Shown here: one piece after another, positions 10,069 to 19,495 of the stretch
Layout of the letters: the number at the start of each line of letters is the position of its first letter
Numbering within the stretch: the first letter of the stretch is position 1
Source of the DNA: an uncultured Gemmatimonadales bacterium
GTDB lineage: Bacteria > Gemmatimonadota > Gemmatimonadetes > Longimicrobiales > RSA9
Assembly (NCBI GenBank): GCA_963783305.1
Contig: CAWAMW010000015.1
Span: forward strand, 96,001-160,000
Direction of reading: 5' to 3'
Length of the DNA: 64,000 nucleotides
Position numbers and translations under genes: made by a program
The notes under the pieces: generated by a model
Seen by the model: the letters and a program-made list of their open reading frames with translations, nothing else
What the model was told of the DNA's origin: nothing
Database searches by the model: none

Positions 10069-10107
10069 CCCGGGGACGGCCCGGGGACGGCCCGGGGACG
10101 GCCCGGG
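10069..10107. repeat. 11-bp tandem repeat CCCGGGGACGG x3.5 in a divergent intergenic region
   Basis: Units at 10069, 10080, 10091 plus a partial unit. Confidence 0.85.
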
Positions 10108-10159
10108 CGTCGGTCCGGCGCGGCGGCCGGAGGGGATGCGAGCCGTCCGCAAGCGCTTC

Positions 10160-10187
10160 TTGACGGCCCCACAGGCGCAGGTACATT
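10160..10187 (+). promoter_or_regulatory. Putative sigma-70 promoter for the Bor-family gene
   Basis: TTGACG-N16-TACATT about 50 bp upstream of ATG 10235. Confidence 0.45.
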
Positions 10188-10234
10188 GATCCCTGCCCCC
10201 TGCCTCATCCTCCTACATCCGAAGGGCGGTCGCG

Positions 10235-10669
10235 ATGAAGCGTACGAGTGCAGTAGTCCTGTTGCTGTCGGCTGTCGTCCTGACCGGCTGCTACCACGCC
10301 ACGGTAGACACGGGTCTGCGGCCGAGCGGTGAAGTAGTCGAGAAGCTTTGGGCGCATGGCTTCGTGTACGGTCTGGTCCCCCCCTCCGAGATCGACGTCG
10401 CCGCCGAATGCCCGGATGGGGTGGCCCGTGTCGAAACGCAGCTGTCGTTCCTGAATCAGCTCGCCAGTGCGTTGACATTCGGCCTTTACACCCCGATGAC
10501 CATTAGCGTCGCATGCGCTGCGGGACCGGACCGCGCGGCGATGAACGCGGGGAATACCTTCAATGTGATCGGCTCGCGACCCAGCCCCGAGACCATCGAC
10601 CGGGCGATCCGCCTGGCCATCGAGACGCGTCAGAACACGTACCTCAATTTCGTGGACGCCACGGAATAG
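10235..10669 (+). CDS. Bor/Iss family lipoprotein
   Basis: Lipobox LTGC; HGFVYGLVPP, CPDGVARVETQLSFLN...TFGLYTP..VAC. Confidence 0.8.
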   Translation: MKRTSAVVLLLSAVVLTGCYHATVDTGLRPSGEVVEKLWAHGFVYGLVPPSEIDVAAECPDGVARVETQLSFLNQLASALTFGLYTPMTISVACAAGPDRAAMNAGNTFNVIGSRPSPETIDRAIRLAIETRQNTYLNFVDATE

Positions 10670-10689
10670 CAGCGCGGCGGCGGTTGCTC

Positions 10690-10730
10690 GAAAGTGACCC
10701 GTCCCCCTCCTTGCGGGGCGGGTCACCTTC
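10690..10730 (+). terminator. Hairpin terminator after the Bor-family gene
   Basis: GTGACCCGTCCC...GGGGCGGGTCAC stem 20 bp after the stop. Confidence 0.55.
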
Positions 10731-10985
10731 GTTGGCTGCGAGCCCGGACGAAGTCGTCTGAAGCGGCGCCGGCCCACCAGGTCCAAACACTGCTCCGTTT
10801 CCTGGAAGCGGCGGTCGTTTTCCGCCTTTGCTCTCCACAGGACCGCGATGCCCGCAGCGAGCTCTTCGAACACGATCCCCCCGATGTCCATCCGCTGAAC
10901 CGGAGCCGCGCCTCCCGGTTCGATCCGCCGCCGGGCTGCCGGAACGACGAACGCCGGGGCGGCCTCGTCACCGCGCCCGGCGTCG

Positions 10986-11062
10986 TCAGATCTTAGATCC
11001 TAGATCTTAGGTCTTAGCTCTCAGATCTCCGATCCCAGATCCCAGTTCTCGGATCCCAGCTC
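10986..11062. repeat. Degenerate 7-bp tandem repeat x11 (consensus YYAGATC) abutting the nrdJ stop codon
   Basis: tcagatc ttagatc ctagatc ttaggtc ttagctc tcagatc tccgatc ccagatc ccagttc tcggatc ccagctc. Confidence 0.9.
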
Positions 11063-13610
11063 ACCCACACTCGCTGTATCCGCAGCTCAGGCACTTCACG
11101 CACCCTTCCGCGAACTGGAGCCCGCTGGAGCACTCGGGGCAGGTGCCGATGAAGGCGTCTCCCGGGTCGTAGTAGTCGGCCTGTGGCTTCGGCTGCGCGG
11201 CGTGCTTGGGCTGCGCGATGGGCGCGGGGGTGGCGGCGGGCGCGGCGGCGGCGCCGCCGAGGCCGAGCTCCTCCTGGATCCCTTCCTTCTCGTCCAGGTG
11301 CAGCTGGAGCACCTGTGCGATGGCGTCGGGCATGGAGAGGACCTTGTTGGGTCCGAACCCGACCGCGCGGTCGCAGGAGATGCCGCGGAGCTGCGTGACC
11401 ACGTCGGGCATGGGGATGCCGCTCCGGAGGGCGAGGGATAGGAGGCGACCGATGGCCTCGGCGTGGGCCATGGCGGCGCCGCCGGCCTTGCCGAGGGTGG
11501 CGAAGACCTCGAACGGCTGGCCCTCCTCGTCCTCGTTGACGGTGATGTAGAGCTCACCGAGGGGGCTCCGGATCTTGCGGGTGGTGCCGTGGAGCGCCTG
11601 GGGGCGGGTCCGCTTGTGGAGCCGCCGCTGGTGCTTGACCTCGAGCTCCCGGAGCGTCTTCTCCGTCTCGTCCAGCTCGTGGACCAGGCGGTGGTTCTCC
11701 TCGCGGGCGTCGGCCAGGGCGGCCTCGAGGTCGGCGGTCCTGGCGGACTTCTCGGTGGTAGCGGCGTCCTTGCCGGTCTTGCCGGTGCTGAGCACCTGCA
11801 TGGGGCGGCAGCCGTCACGGTAGACGGTGACGCCCTTGCAACGGAGCTCGTGGGCCTTGAGGTAGATCTCGCGGACGTCGTCCTCGGTGGCCTCGTTGGA
11901 GAAGTTGCACGTCTTGCTGATGGCGCTGTCGGTGTGCTCCTGGAAGGCGGCCTGCATGCGGATGTGCCAGTCGGGGGCCACGTCGTGGGACGTGACGAAC
12001 ACGCGCTGGACGGCCTCGGGCACCTCGTCGAAGTGGATATGGCCCTCGGCGGCGATGCGCTCCATCAGGTCCTCGGAGTACCAGCCCTGCTCGGCGGCGA
12101 TCCGGACGAAGTCCTTGTTCACGTCCGCCATCATGGAGCCCGCCTGGTTGCGCATGAACGCCACGGCGAAGAGGGGCTCGATCCCGCCGGAGCAGTCGGC
12201 GAAGATGGAGATGGTGCCGGTGGGCGCTACGGTCGTGATGTTGGAGTTCCGGAGCTTCCGCATGGGGCGGACGCGCTTGCCGTCGACCTTCGCGGCGGTC
12301 CTGTCCGGCCCCCAGATGGAGTGCTTCCAGGCGGGGAAGGTGCCGCGGGTCTCCGCCAGCTTCTCGCTGGCCACGCGGGACTCCTCGCTGATGAAGCCCA
12401 TGACCTGCCGGGCGATGTCGATGGCCTCGTCGCTGTCGTACGGGACGCCCACGCGGACCAGCAGGTCGGCCCAGCCCATGATGCCCAGGCCGATGCGGCG
12501 GATCGTCTGCGCCAGCTTCGTGATCTCGTCCAGCGGGTAGTTGTTGGCGTCGATGACGTTGTCGAGGAAGTGCGTGGCGAGGTGGACGGTGTTGCGGAAC
12601 TCGTCCCAGTCGATCTTCTCGTCGAAGGGCGCGTCGGCATTCACATCGTCCTTTACGAACATGCCGACGTTCACGCTGCCGAGGTTGCACACGTCGTAGG
12701 GCAGGAGCGGCTGCTCGCCGCACGGGTTGGTCGCCTCGTAGCTGCCCAGCTTCGGGACCGGGTTGTAGCGGTTGGCCTCGTCGATGAAGAAGACGCCCGG
12801 CTCGCCCGTGGCCCACGCGCCCTCGATGATCAGGTCGAAGATCTCGTTCGCGTCATCCGTCCCCACCACCTCGCCGTTGCGCGGCGTCTTCAGCTCGTAC
12901 TTCTCGCCCTTCTTCACCGCCTCCATGAACGCGTCCGTGATGGCCACGCTGATGTTGAAGTTGGTGATCTGCGTCACATCGCTCTTGCACGTGATGAAGT
13001 CCCGGATGTCCGGGTGGTCCACGCGCAGGATCCCCATGTTCGCGCCCCGGCGCGTGCCACCCTGCTTCACCACCTCCGTGGAGCCGTCGTAGAGCTTCAT
13101 GAAGCTGACGGGTCCGCTGGCCACGCCCATGGTGCTCTTCACCACATCGTTCACCGGACGCAGACGGCTGAAGCTGAACCCCGTGCCGCCGCCCGACTGG
13201 TGCACCAGCGCCATGCTCCGCAGCGTGTCGTAGATGCCGTCCTTGCCGTTCGACAGCGCGTCCTCCACCGGCAGCACGAAGCACGCGCTCAGCTGGCCCA
13301 GCGGACGCCCGGCGTTCATGAGCGTGGGGCTGTTCGGCTCGAACAGCCGGTGCGTCATCAGCCGGTAGAACTCACGCGCCAGCTGATCGACCCCGCCCTC
13401 GCTCGCCCCGTAGCTGGTGTCCACGTCCGCTATGGTACGCGCCACGCGCCAGAACATCTCCTCCGGCTCCTCGATGGCCTCGCCAGCCTCGTTCTTCTTG
13501 AGGTAGCGCTTGCCCATGATGATGCGGGCGTTCTCACTCATGTCCGCCCGAGGGAGGTCCTCGGGGAGCACGTCGGCCGGAGCTGGAGCGTCGGCGGGCT
13601 TCGGGGTCAT
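11061..13610 (-). CDS. nrdJ: Adenosylcobalamin-dependent (class II) ribonucleotide reductase with C-terminal TSCPD-like domain and zinc ribbon
   Basis: PNSPTLMNAG, QLSACFV, ATNPCGEQPL (thiyl Cys), VAPTGTIS, KGVTVYRDG, terminal CPEC...CVKC..CGYSECG; start MTPKPA. Confidence 0.95.
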   Translation of the reverse strand: MTPKPADAPAPADVLPEDLPRADMSENARIIMGKRYLKKNEAGEAIEEPEEMFWRVARTIADVDTSYGASEGGVDQLAREFYRLMTHRLFEPNSPTLMNAGRPLGQLSACFVLPVEDALSNGKDGIYDTLRSMALVHQSGGGTGFSFSRLRPVNDVVKSTMGVASGPVSFMKLYDGSTEVVKQGGTRRGANMGILRVDHPDIRDFITCKSDVTQITNFNISVAITDAFMEAVKKGEKYELKTPRNGEVVGTDDANEIFDLIIEGAWATGEPGVFFIDEANRYNPVPKLGSYEATNPCGEQPLLPYDVCNLGSVNVGMFVKDDVNADAPFDEKIDWDEFRNTVHLATHFLDNVIDANNYPLDEITKLAQTIRRIGLGIMGWADLLVRVGVPYDSDEAIDIARQVMGFISEESRVASEKLAETRGTFPAWKHSIWGPDRTAAKVDGKRVRPMRKLRNSNITTVAPTGTISIFADCSGGIEPLFAVAFMRNQAGSMMADVNKDFVRIAAEQGWYSEDLMERIAAEGHIHFDEVPEAVQRVFVTSHDVAPDWHIRMQAAFQEHTDSAISKTCNFSNEATEDDVREIYLKAHELRCKGVTVYRDGCRPMQVLSTGKTGKDAATTEKSARTADLEAALADAREENHRLVHELDETEKTLRELEVKHQRRLHKRTRPQALHGTTRKIRSPLGELYITVNEDEEGQPFEVFATLGKAGGAAMAHAEAIGRLLSLALRSGIPMPDVVTQLRGISCDRAVGFGPNKVLSMPDAIAQVLQLHLDEKEGIQEELGLGGAAAAPAATPAPIAQPKHAAQPKPQADYYDPGDAFIGTCPECSSGLQFAEGCVKCLSCGYSECG

Positions 13611-13742
13611 AACTCTGTCCTCTTCCTGGGGCTGATGGTACGAGCCGCTACGTGGATAACTTCCGCTGTCGCGCTGAGATCGACAGGATCGCGCAGGCCG
13701 CTCCATGCAGCGGACGCCCCTTGGGGTCGGGCCGCCTGAAAT

Positions 13743-13789
13743 GCGCTACATGTTGTGCGGGGTAAGGAACATGCCACCATATGTTGTGG
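13743..13789. promoter_or_regulatory. Tandem NrdR boxes
   Basis: GCGCTACATGTTGTGC (13743) and CCACCATATGTTGTGG (13774), 31 bp apart, upstream of nrdJ. Confidence 0.8.
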
Positions 13790-13796
13790 GTGTCAA
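13768..13796 (-). promoter_or_regulatory. Sigma-70-type promoter of nrdJ
   Basis: Minus strand TTGACA-N17-CATGTT; the spacer is occupied by an NrdR box. Confidence 0.6.
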
Positions 13797-13804
13797 GGCT
13801 CCCT

Positions 13805-13946
13805 TTCTGCACACTGTTATACACTTCAGAAGGCGTTGGTTTCCCTGCGGTTTCGGCGGTTTTCCACACTCTCCACAGTCGCGGTTTCAACGATGCGGGG
13901 ACGCGGGCATACCGCGATCGGGGCCCCCGCCCCACATTGTGGACCA
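13805..13946. promoter_or_regulatory. Cluster of DnaA-box-like 9-mers upstream of nrdJ
   Basis: TTCTGCACA 13805, TTATACACT 13817, TTTTCCACA 13860, CTCTCCACA 13869, TGGTCCACA (minus) 13938; also TTATCCACG (minus) 13651. Confidence 0.55.
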
Positions 13947-13971
13947 TGGCTTTCCCCGATCCCGGATTCCG

Positions 13972-14799
13972 ATGACACCGAAGATCCTCGGACGCGTGCT
14001 CCACGCGTCCTTCAGGCCCGTGCTGCTGCTTCCCGCGGTGCTCCTGGCGCCGTCGTCCGCGAGCGCCCAGTTCGGGGCGGTGGAGGCGTTGGCGAGTCGC
14101 GTGTCCGACCTCGGTTTCTTTTACAGCCTGGGCGGGATCCAGAGCTCTCCCACGCTGCAGGGGGATGCGCTGGGGGTGAAGTCGTTCGGCGTCGAGCTGC
14201 TGTTCGAGGTGGCGGAGATCCCGTCGTCAGCGGCCCGCCGCCGGGTGGCGGAAACGGGGTCGTCGGAGAGCTGGGTCCTGCGGGAGACGCGGGTGCGGGT
14301 GGGGGGAGATGGCGTGGACACCACGTACCATTATGATGTGGTGCATGAGCGGGGCGGCTACGGCCCGGACGACATCGAGTGGACGCTGGAGCTGGGAATC
14401 GGGTACGGCCAGGTGCAGGGTCTGGAGCTGCGGGATGCGGAGCTCGACCTGAACGCGACGATCCGGACGCTCCCATCGCTGACCCTCTACCTCACGTACG
14501 AGCCGCTGGGCGCGTACCTGGGTCTGCGCACGGGGTTCATCCGGACGCACGCGATGCAGGTAAGGGACGCGGCGGGCACGTTGTTCGACGGCGAGGCCGA
14601 GGCGTTCATGATGGGTGGCCTGGGCGGGTATGCGCTGTCGCTCGGGCCGACGTGGCTGTTCCTGGAACTGGGCTATACCGAGCGCACGTTCCCCAGCGTG
14701 GAGTGGTCGGCGCCCGATGGACTGCCCGCCGGCGTGCCACGGGAGCTGGACGTGAGCGGCTGGGGCATCACGGCCGGGCTCCAGTTCCCGATCAAGTAG
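13972..14799 (+). CDS. Hypothetical outer-membrane beta-barrel protein
   Basis: Signal peptide ending SASAQ, amphipathic beta-strands, C-terminal GWGITAGLQFPIK. Confidence 0.65.
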   Translation: MTPKILGRVLHASFRPVLLLPAVLLAPSSASAQFGAVEALASRVSDLGFFYSLGGIQSSPTLQGDALGVKSFGVELLFEVAEIPSSAARRRVAETGSSESWVLRETRVRVGGDGVDTTYHYDVVHERGGYGPDDIEWTLELGIGYGQVQGLELRDAELDLNATIRTLPSLTLYLTYEPLGAYLGLRTGFIRTHAMQVRDAAGTLFDGEAEAFMMGGLGGYALSLGPTWLFLELGYTERTFPSVEWSAPDGLPAGVPRELDVSGWGITAGLQFPIK

Positions 14800-14837
14800 G
14801 AGGCGCGGCTAGCGCGGGTGCGTCGCGATCTCTTCCT

Positions 14838-15104
14838 TCATTCGGACCCTCCCTCGCTCCCGGTGCGGTCGGCGTCCTCGCGTGCGTCGCGGGCTCGCGC
14901 CAACTCGTCCTCGCGGCCCTCTTCGGAGGCCTGCCGTGACGTCTCCATGGCCTCGTTGGGCGTCTGACTGGTGGCCTGGTTCGCCGGCAGGTCTTCCGAG
15001 TCCGTCTCCCTGTCGACGCCCTCCTCGGACTTCCGCCGCCACTTGTAGTCGCTCGCACCCGAATCGTCCTGGTCGATCTGATACTGGTCGGGGCGCTTCG
15101 TCAT
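14838..15104 (-). CDS. Small acidic hydrophilic hypothetical protein
   Basis: GGAGG RBS before MTKRPDQYQID; D/E/R-rich. Confidence 0.7.
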   Translation of the reverse strand: MTKRPDQYQIDQDDSGASDYKWRRKSEEGVDRETDSEDLPANQATSQTPNEAMETSRQASEEGREDELARARDAREDADRTGSEGGSE

Positions 15105-15206
15105 GTGTTCCTCCCTGGAGGTGGAAATCGTTGGCGTGCACACCTTTACGGTTCAGGAATCATGCCGTGGGCGACCGTGCGTGAAAGTTGCACAGGGGTC
15201 ACCGCC

Positions 15207-16400
15207 ATGAGAGAGCGAGCGGGTGCAGGAACGGGAGAGCGGCGCGTTGAAGTGGGCCGGGCACCATGGTGGATGGCCGCCCGGGCGGCCGTTCGGATGG
15301 CGGCGCTGGCGCTGCCACTGGCGGCGTGTCAGGGCCGTGCGGCGATGCTGGAGGAGCTGGTGGCGACCGACGACTGTCGGCGAACCGTGCTCCTGGGGCA
15401 GCCCGCCGAGGCGGCGGACACGCTGGAGTCGGACTCGGCGCGGCAGGCGCTGGCACGTGATCGGGCGGTGGACTGGCGGCTCCCCGCCGAGAGTCTGCAG
15501 GTAGTGCGACTGAACGCGTGGTGTGCGGCGGTGGGGCCGGCGGTGGTGGGCGGCTGGAGCGACACGGTCGGGGCGGCGGGGACGCTCCCGGTGGCGGACA
15601 CGGTGCGGCTGGTCAGCTGGAACGTGCATGTGGGCGGCGGTGACCTTCGGGGCCTGGTGAAGGACCTGCGGGAAGGCCGCCTCACCGGCGGCCGGCCGGT
15701 CGAGCACTTCGTCCTGCTGCTCCAGGAGGCGTACCGCGGGGGCGATCTGGTTCCGGCGCACGACCCGCTCGAGCCCAGCGGCTCGGGGGTAACGGAGGGC
15801 CCGCCCGGCGGCCAGCGGGAGGACATCGTCGCGCTTGCGAAGCGGCTGAATCTGTGGCTCGTCTACGTCCCATCGATGCGGAACGGCGAGGAGGAGGACC
15901 GGGGCAACGCGATCCTCTCCACGCTCCCGCTGGAGTCCCCGGTGGCCGTGGAGCTGCCTGTGGCGCGGCAGCGGCGGGTGGCGGTGGCGGCCCAGCTCTC
16001 CGGTCGCACCCGGGCCGGTCGGCCGTGGCGGCTGCAGGTGGCGAGCGTGCACCTGGAGAGCAGCCCATCGGGCTGGTCGAGCGACGAGGGCCAGCGGCTG
16101 GAGCAGGCGAAGGCGCTGCTGGAGCTGCTGCCGGGGGCGGAGTCGGCGGTCGCGGCGGGCGACTTCAACACGAAGACCCGGGGTACGGCGGAGGCGCTCA
16201 TCCGGCCCATGCTCCGGGCGTATCCCGACACCCCGTCCTTCCCGCCGGGCCCCACGTACCGCAGGGCGTACGGCCTGTACCGCGAGTACCTGGACTACAT
16301 CTTCTTCCGGCTCCCAGCGGACGCCGAGGGCGGGTACGATCGGGTGGCGCTGCCCTATGCGTCGGACCACTACCCGCTGGTGGGCTGGGTCGGCTGGTAG
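15207..16400 (+). CDS. Endonuclease/exonuclease/phosphatase (EEP) family protein, probable lipoprotein
   Basis: LAAC lipobox, VSWNVH, LLQE, RGNAILS, SVHL, AGDFN, LDYIF, SDHYP; start approximate. Confidence 0.85.
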   Translation: MRERAGAGTGERRVEVGRAPWWMAARAAVRMAALALPLAACQGRAAMLEELVATDDCRRTVLLGQPAEAADTLESDSARQALARDRAVDWRLPAESLQVVRLNAWCAAVGPAVVGGWSDTVGAAGTLPVADTVRLVSWNVHVGGGDLRGLVKDLREGRLTGGRPVEHFVLLLQEAYRGGDLVPAHDPLEPSGSGVTEGPPGGQREDIVALAKRLNLWLVYVPSMRNGEEEDRGNAILSTLPLESPVAVELPVARQRRVAVAAQLSGRTRAGRPWRLQVASVHLESSPSGWSSDEGQRLEQAKALLELLPGAESAVAAGDFNTKTRGTAEALIRPMLRAYPDTPSFPPGPTYRRAYGLYREYLDYIFFRLPADAEGGYDRVALPYASDHYPLVGWVGW

Positions 16401-16428
16401 GCGGCGCGTGCCGGGCCAGCGGCACCGC

Positions 16429-19400
16429 TCAGAACGCCGAGCCGAACGCCGCGTAGACCGAGGGGGTCCCGCCGTCCCGGGTCTCGGCCACCCCGAGGCG
16501 GAAGATCCCGCTCGCATTGTGGAACGCGCCGAAGTCCAGCACGAGCTCGGCGCCGGCCGACGCAAGCGGGCTCAGCGATCCGTCCGCACAGGCGTGGAAG
16601 CTCTCCTCGCGCTGCGTCTCGGAGCACCACGCGTCGCCGGCGTCGGCGAAGAGCGTGCCGGCAACGGACGTGAGGGAGAACCCCAGGATCCCGCCGGGAG
16701 CCGGCCGCAACTGGATCGGGAAGCGCCACTCGGCGCTGGCGGCCCACGCGCGGGTCCCGCGGCGCACGCCGGAGGCGTAGCCCCGGACCGGGAGGAAGCT
16801 CCCGTCCGGGGGGGTGAACGCGAAGAGGGGCGTCGAGCCGGTGGGCACCCCGCCCACGGACCGGGTGAACGCCTCATCGCCTTCCCGGAGCACGCCGGCG
16901 ACCCGCCCAGCGAGCACGTGGTCCGCGAAGCCCCACCCTCGGAAATCCAGGTAGGTCGCGAAGCGTCCGACCAGCTCATCGTACGCCCGTCCACCGGTCG
17001 TCGTGTTCCACCAGCGCCCCGCCGAGAACGACCCCGACACCCCGTCCTCGCCGCTGATGGAGTACGGGTAGCGGCGCGCGTTGGAGAAGCCGGGTCCCCC
17101 CGAGACGCCCACGGTGGGGTCGAACTGCCGGAGCTCCCAGCCGGCCGACAGCAGCTCCGCCGGGGTCATGTCGTGGGGCACGTTCTCGAGCCACTCCGCC
17201 TCGACGCCCATCCGGAGCCACCCCGTGCCGCGCCAGCGAGGCCGGACCAGGAACGCATCCAGCGACAGCTCGTCGGTCCGGCGATAGATCGCCTCCGCGC
17301 TGCCGTCGGTGACCTCGACGCTGCCCAGGTAGCTCCAGTCACGGCGCGCCTGCGCGGTCAGCTCCAGCGGCGCGAGCCGGCGGTAGGTCCACGACCCGCG
17401 CCCCTGGAAGCGGCCGCTGCCGAGCTCCAGCGCGGCGGCCAGCGACCAGGCGTGCCTCCCCACGAGATCCGCACCGGCCGTGCTCAGCCCCAGAAAGTGG
17501 TGCGAGCCGCCGGTCGTCGAGAACGACTGCCATTCGGGAAGCCAGAAGTACGGCCGCGCGGTCGGCCACGGCGAGTAGGGAGCGGCGGATCCCCCCGCCG
17601 CGGGTCCCGCCGCGGCCTCGCCCCCGGTCCGCGGAAGCATTCCGTCGGCGAAACCGAGCACGGCGTCCTCCGCCGCCGGCCACTCCCGCGGTTGCAGGGG
17701 CATGGCCTCGATCCGCCACCCGTCGTGGTGGTACACGGACGTGTAGAGGGTGCGTCCGTCCGGCGACACCTCGGGGTCGAACGCCCCCGTGAGCACGTTG
17801 GTGACCTGCCGGATGTCGCCGTCTCCGTCCATGGGCGCGGCGAGGATGTTGGGTATGCCCGAGCGGTCCGACCACCAGAGCAGCCAGCGGCCGTCCGGGG
17901 ACCACGCCGGCGACAGGTCGAGGGCGTCGTCGTCGGTGAGGGTCCGGACCGCGCCGGTCGCGACGTCCACCACCACCATGTCCACGCGTCCGCCGACATA
18001 GCGCCCGGCGGCGATGGTGCGGCCGTCCGGGCCCCAGCGCGGCCCGTCGAAGGCGTCGCCCGGCGCGGCGTCGGCGAGGACGCGTGTCTCGTGGGTCTCG
18101 AGGTCGTGGACGACCAGGCGGATCCCGCCCTCGTGGCTCTGAACCGCGGCCACCCGCGACCGTCGGGAGCCACGTCGGGCTGCGCGAGGCGAAGCCCGTC
18201 GGTGAGCCGGCGCTCGCGGCCGTCCAGGTCGAGTCGCCAGAGGTCGCTGTAGATCCGGTACGGCCCCTGCCGCTCGAGCTGCGCCACGATCATCCCCGAG
18301 CCGTCCGGGAGCCACGCGGCAGGCCCGAGGTAGGCGCCGAACTGGTTCCGCTCGGCCACGGTGACGGTGCGGCGCGACGAGAGGTCGGTCACGCGCGTGG
18401 CCGGGGGGAGCGGTAGTCGTCGCTGGCGAAGGAGAGGGCGCGGCCGTCGGGCGACACCCGCGGGGCGGCGGCGTACGGCCCGTCCCCCGCCACGGGCTCG
18501 GTGGTGGTGAGCCCCCGCGCGGTGAGGCGTTCCGCGACGGCACGGGCATCGGCGGTGGCCTGCCGCCGCCAGTCGTCGTAGATGGCGTCGAAAGGTCGCC
18601 CGAGGGCGTTGTCGGCCACGTGGTCGAAGAAGAGGAACGTGGGGCGGATCGATCCGCCGGTGGCCTCGATGAGGGCGCGGTGGGCATCGGGGCCATAGTG
18701 GTCGGCGATGTACGCCATGAGCCGTGAGCCGTAGCCGTAGCTCCGCTGTCCGCCCGGCCACGCGGGGTGCGGATCACTGAGGTGATCCAGGTCGGGGATG
18801 CGGGCTTCGAGCGCCGCCGTCCGAATGATCATCTCGTGGAAGCTGCCGGGGATCCGGCCGCCACCGGTGATCCGGGACTCGTAGTAGGTGGCCAGCCCCT
18901 CCACGTTCCACGCGGGCGACCCGGCCACGGGGAACACCGGCCAGAGCGCCGGCACGCGGCCTAGCACCGCGCGCACCGCCCCGCCCACCTCTCCCGTCTC
19001 CTCCAGGTGGAAGATGTGGACGAGCTCGTGGACCACCACCAGCTCCAGCCAGTCCCGGGAAAACGCCAGCTGCGGCACGCCCGCGGGCGGCCTGGCGTAT
19101 ACGGTGATCCGGCTGGAGGGGAAGTACGTGGCCATCCCGTTCGAGTAGTCCACGTGGTCGGTGATGAGCAGGTCGATACGGTGTGCCGGCGCGTTCCCGA
19201 TCTCCTCCCGGAGAAGGTCGTACGCCCGCTCCGCCGTGACGGCCGCCCTGCGCGCCAGCGGCTCCAGCTCCGGGGTGTAGGTGACGCGGAATCGCTCCGT
19301 GGAGAACGTGCGCCAGTCCGCGCCAGGGGGCGGGCTCTGCGCAGCGGCGGCCGCGGGGAGGAGGGTGAGGGCCACGGCGCACGCCACCAGCAAGAGCCCG

Positions 19401-19495
19401 TAGAACGTCCGTCGTCGCGCCAGCGGGCGCCGCGCGCTCAGCCGCCAAGGTCGGCCGCACGTCCAGGGGCCGGACGCCGCTCCAGCCCTACTCAC
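16429..19495 (-). CDS. Zinc-peptidase / TolB-like propeller / Omp85-like barrel outer-membrane protein, split by two frameshifts (about 18405 and 18158)
   Basis: ORF 18389..19495 has a signal peptide and HELVH...VEGLATYYE; the middle (ORF 17484..18761 frame) has PD40-like repeats; ORF 16429 frame has SPDGR repeats and barrel ending FGSAF. Confidence 0.8.

Noticed and set aside
10235..10669. Prophage remnant based on the Bor-family gene
   Set aside because: No other phage genes, integrase or att-like repeats nearby.
13611..13760. Cobalamin riboswitch in the nrdJ leader
   Set aside because: No B12-box or conserved core recognisable; NrdR boxes explain the region.
15154..15168. Sigma-54 promoter for the small acidic protein (minus strand CGGCATGATTCCTGA)
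   Set aside because: The -12 element is GA rather than GC; too weak to call.
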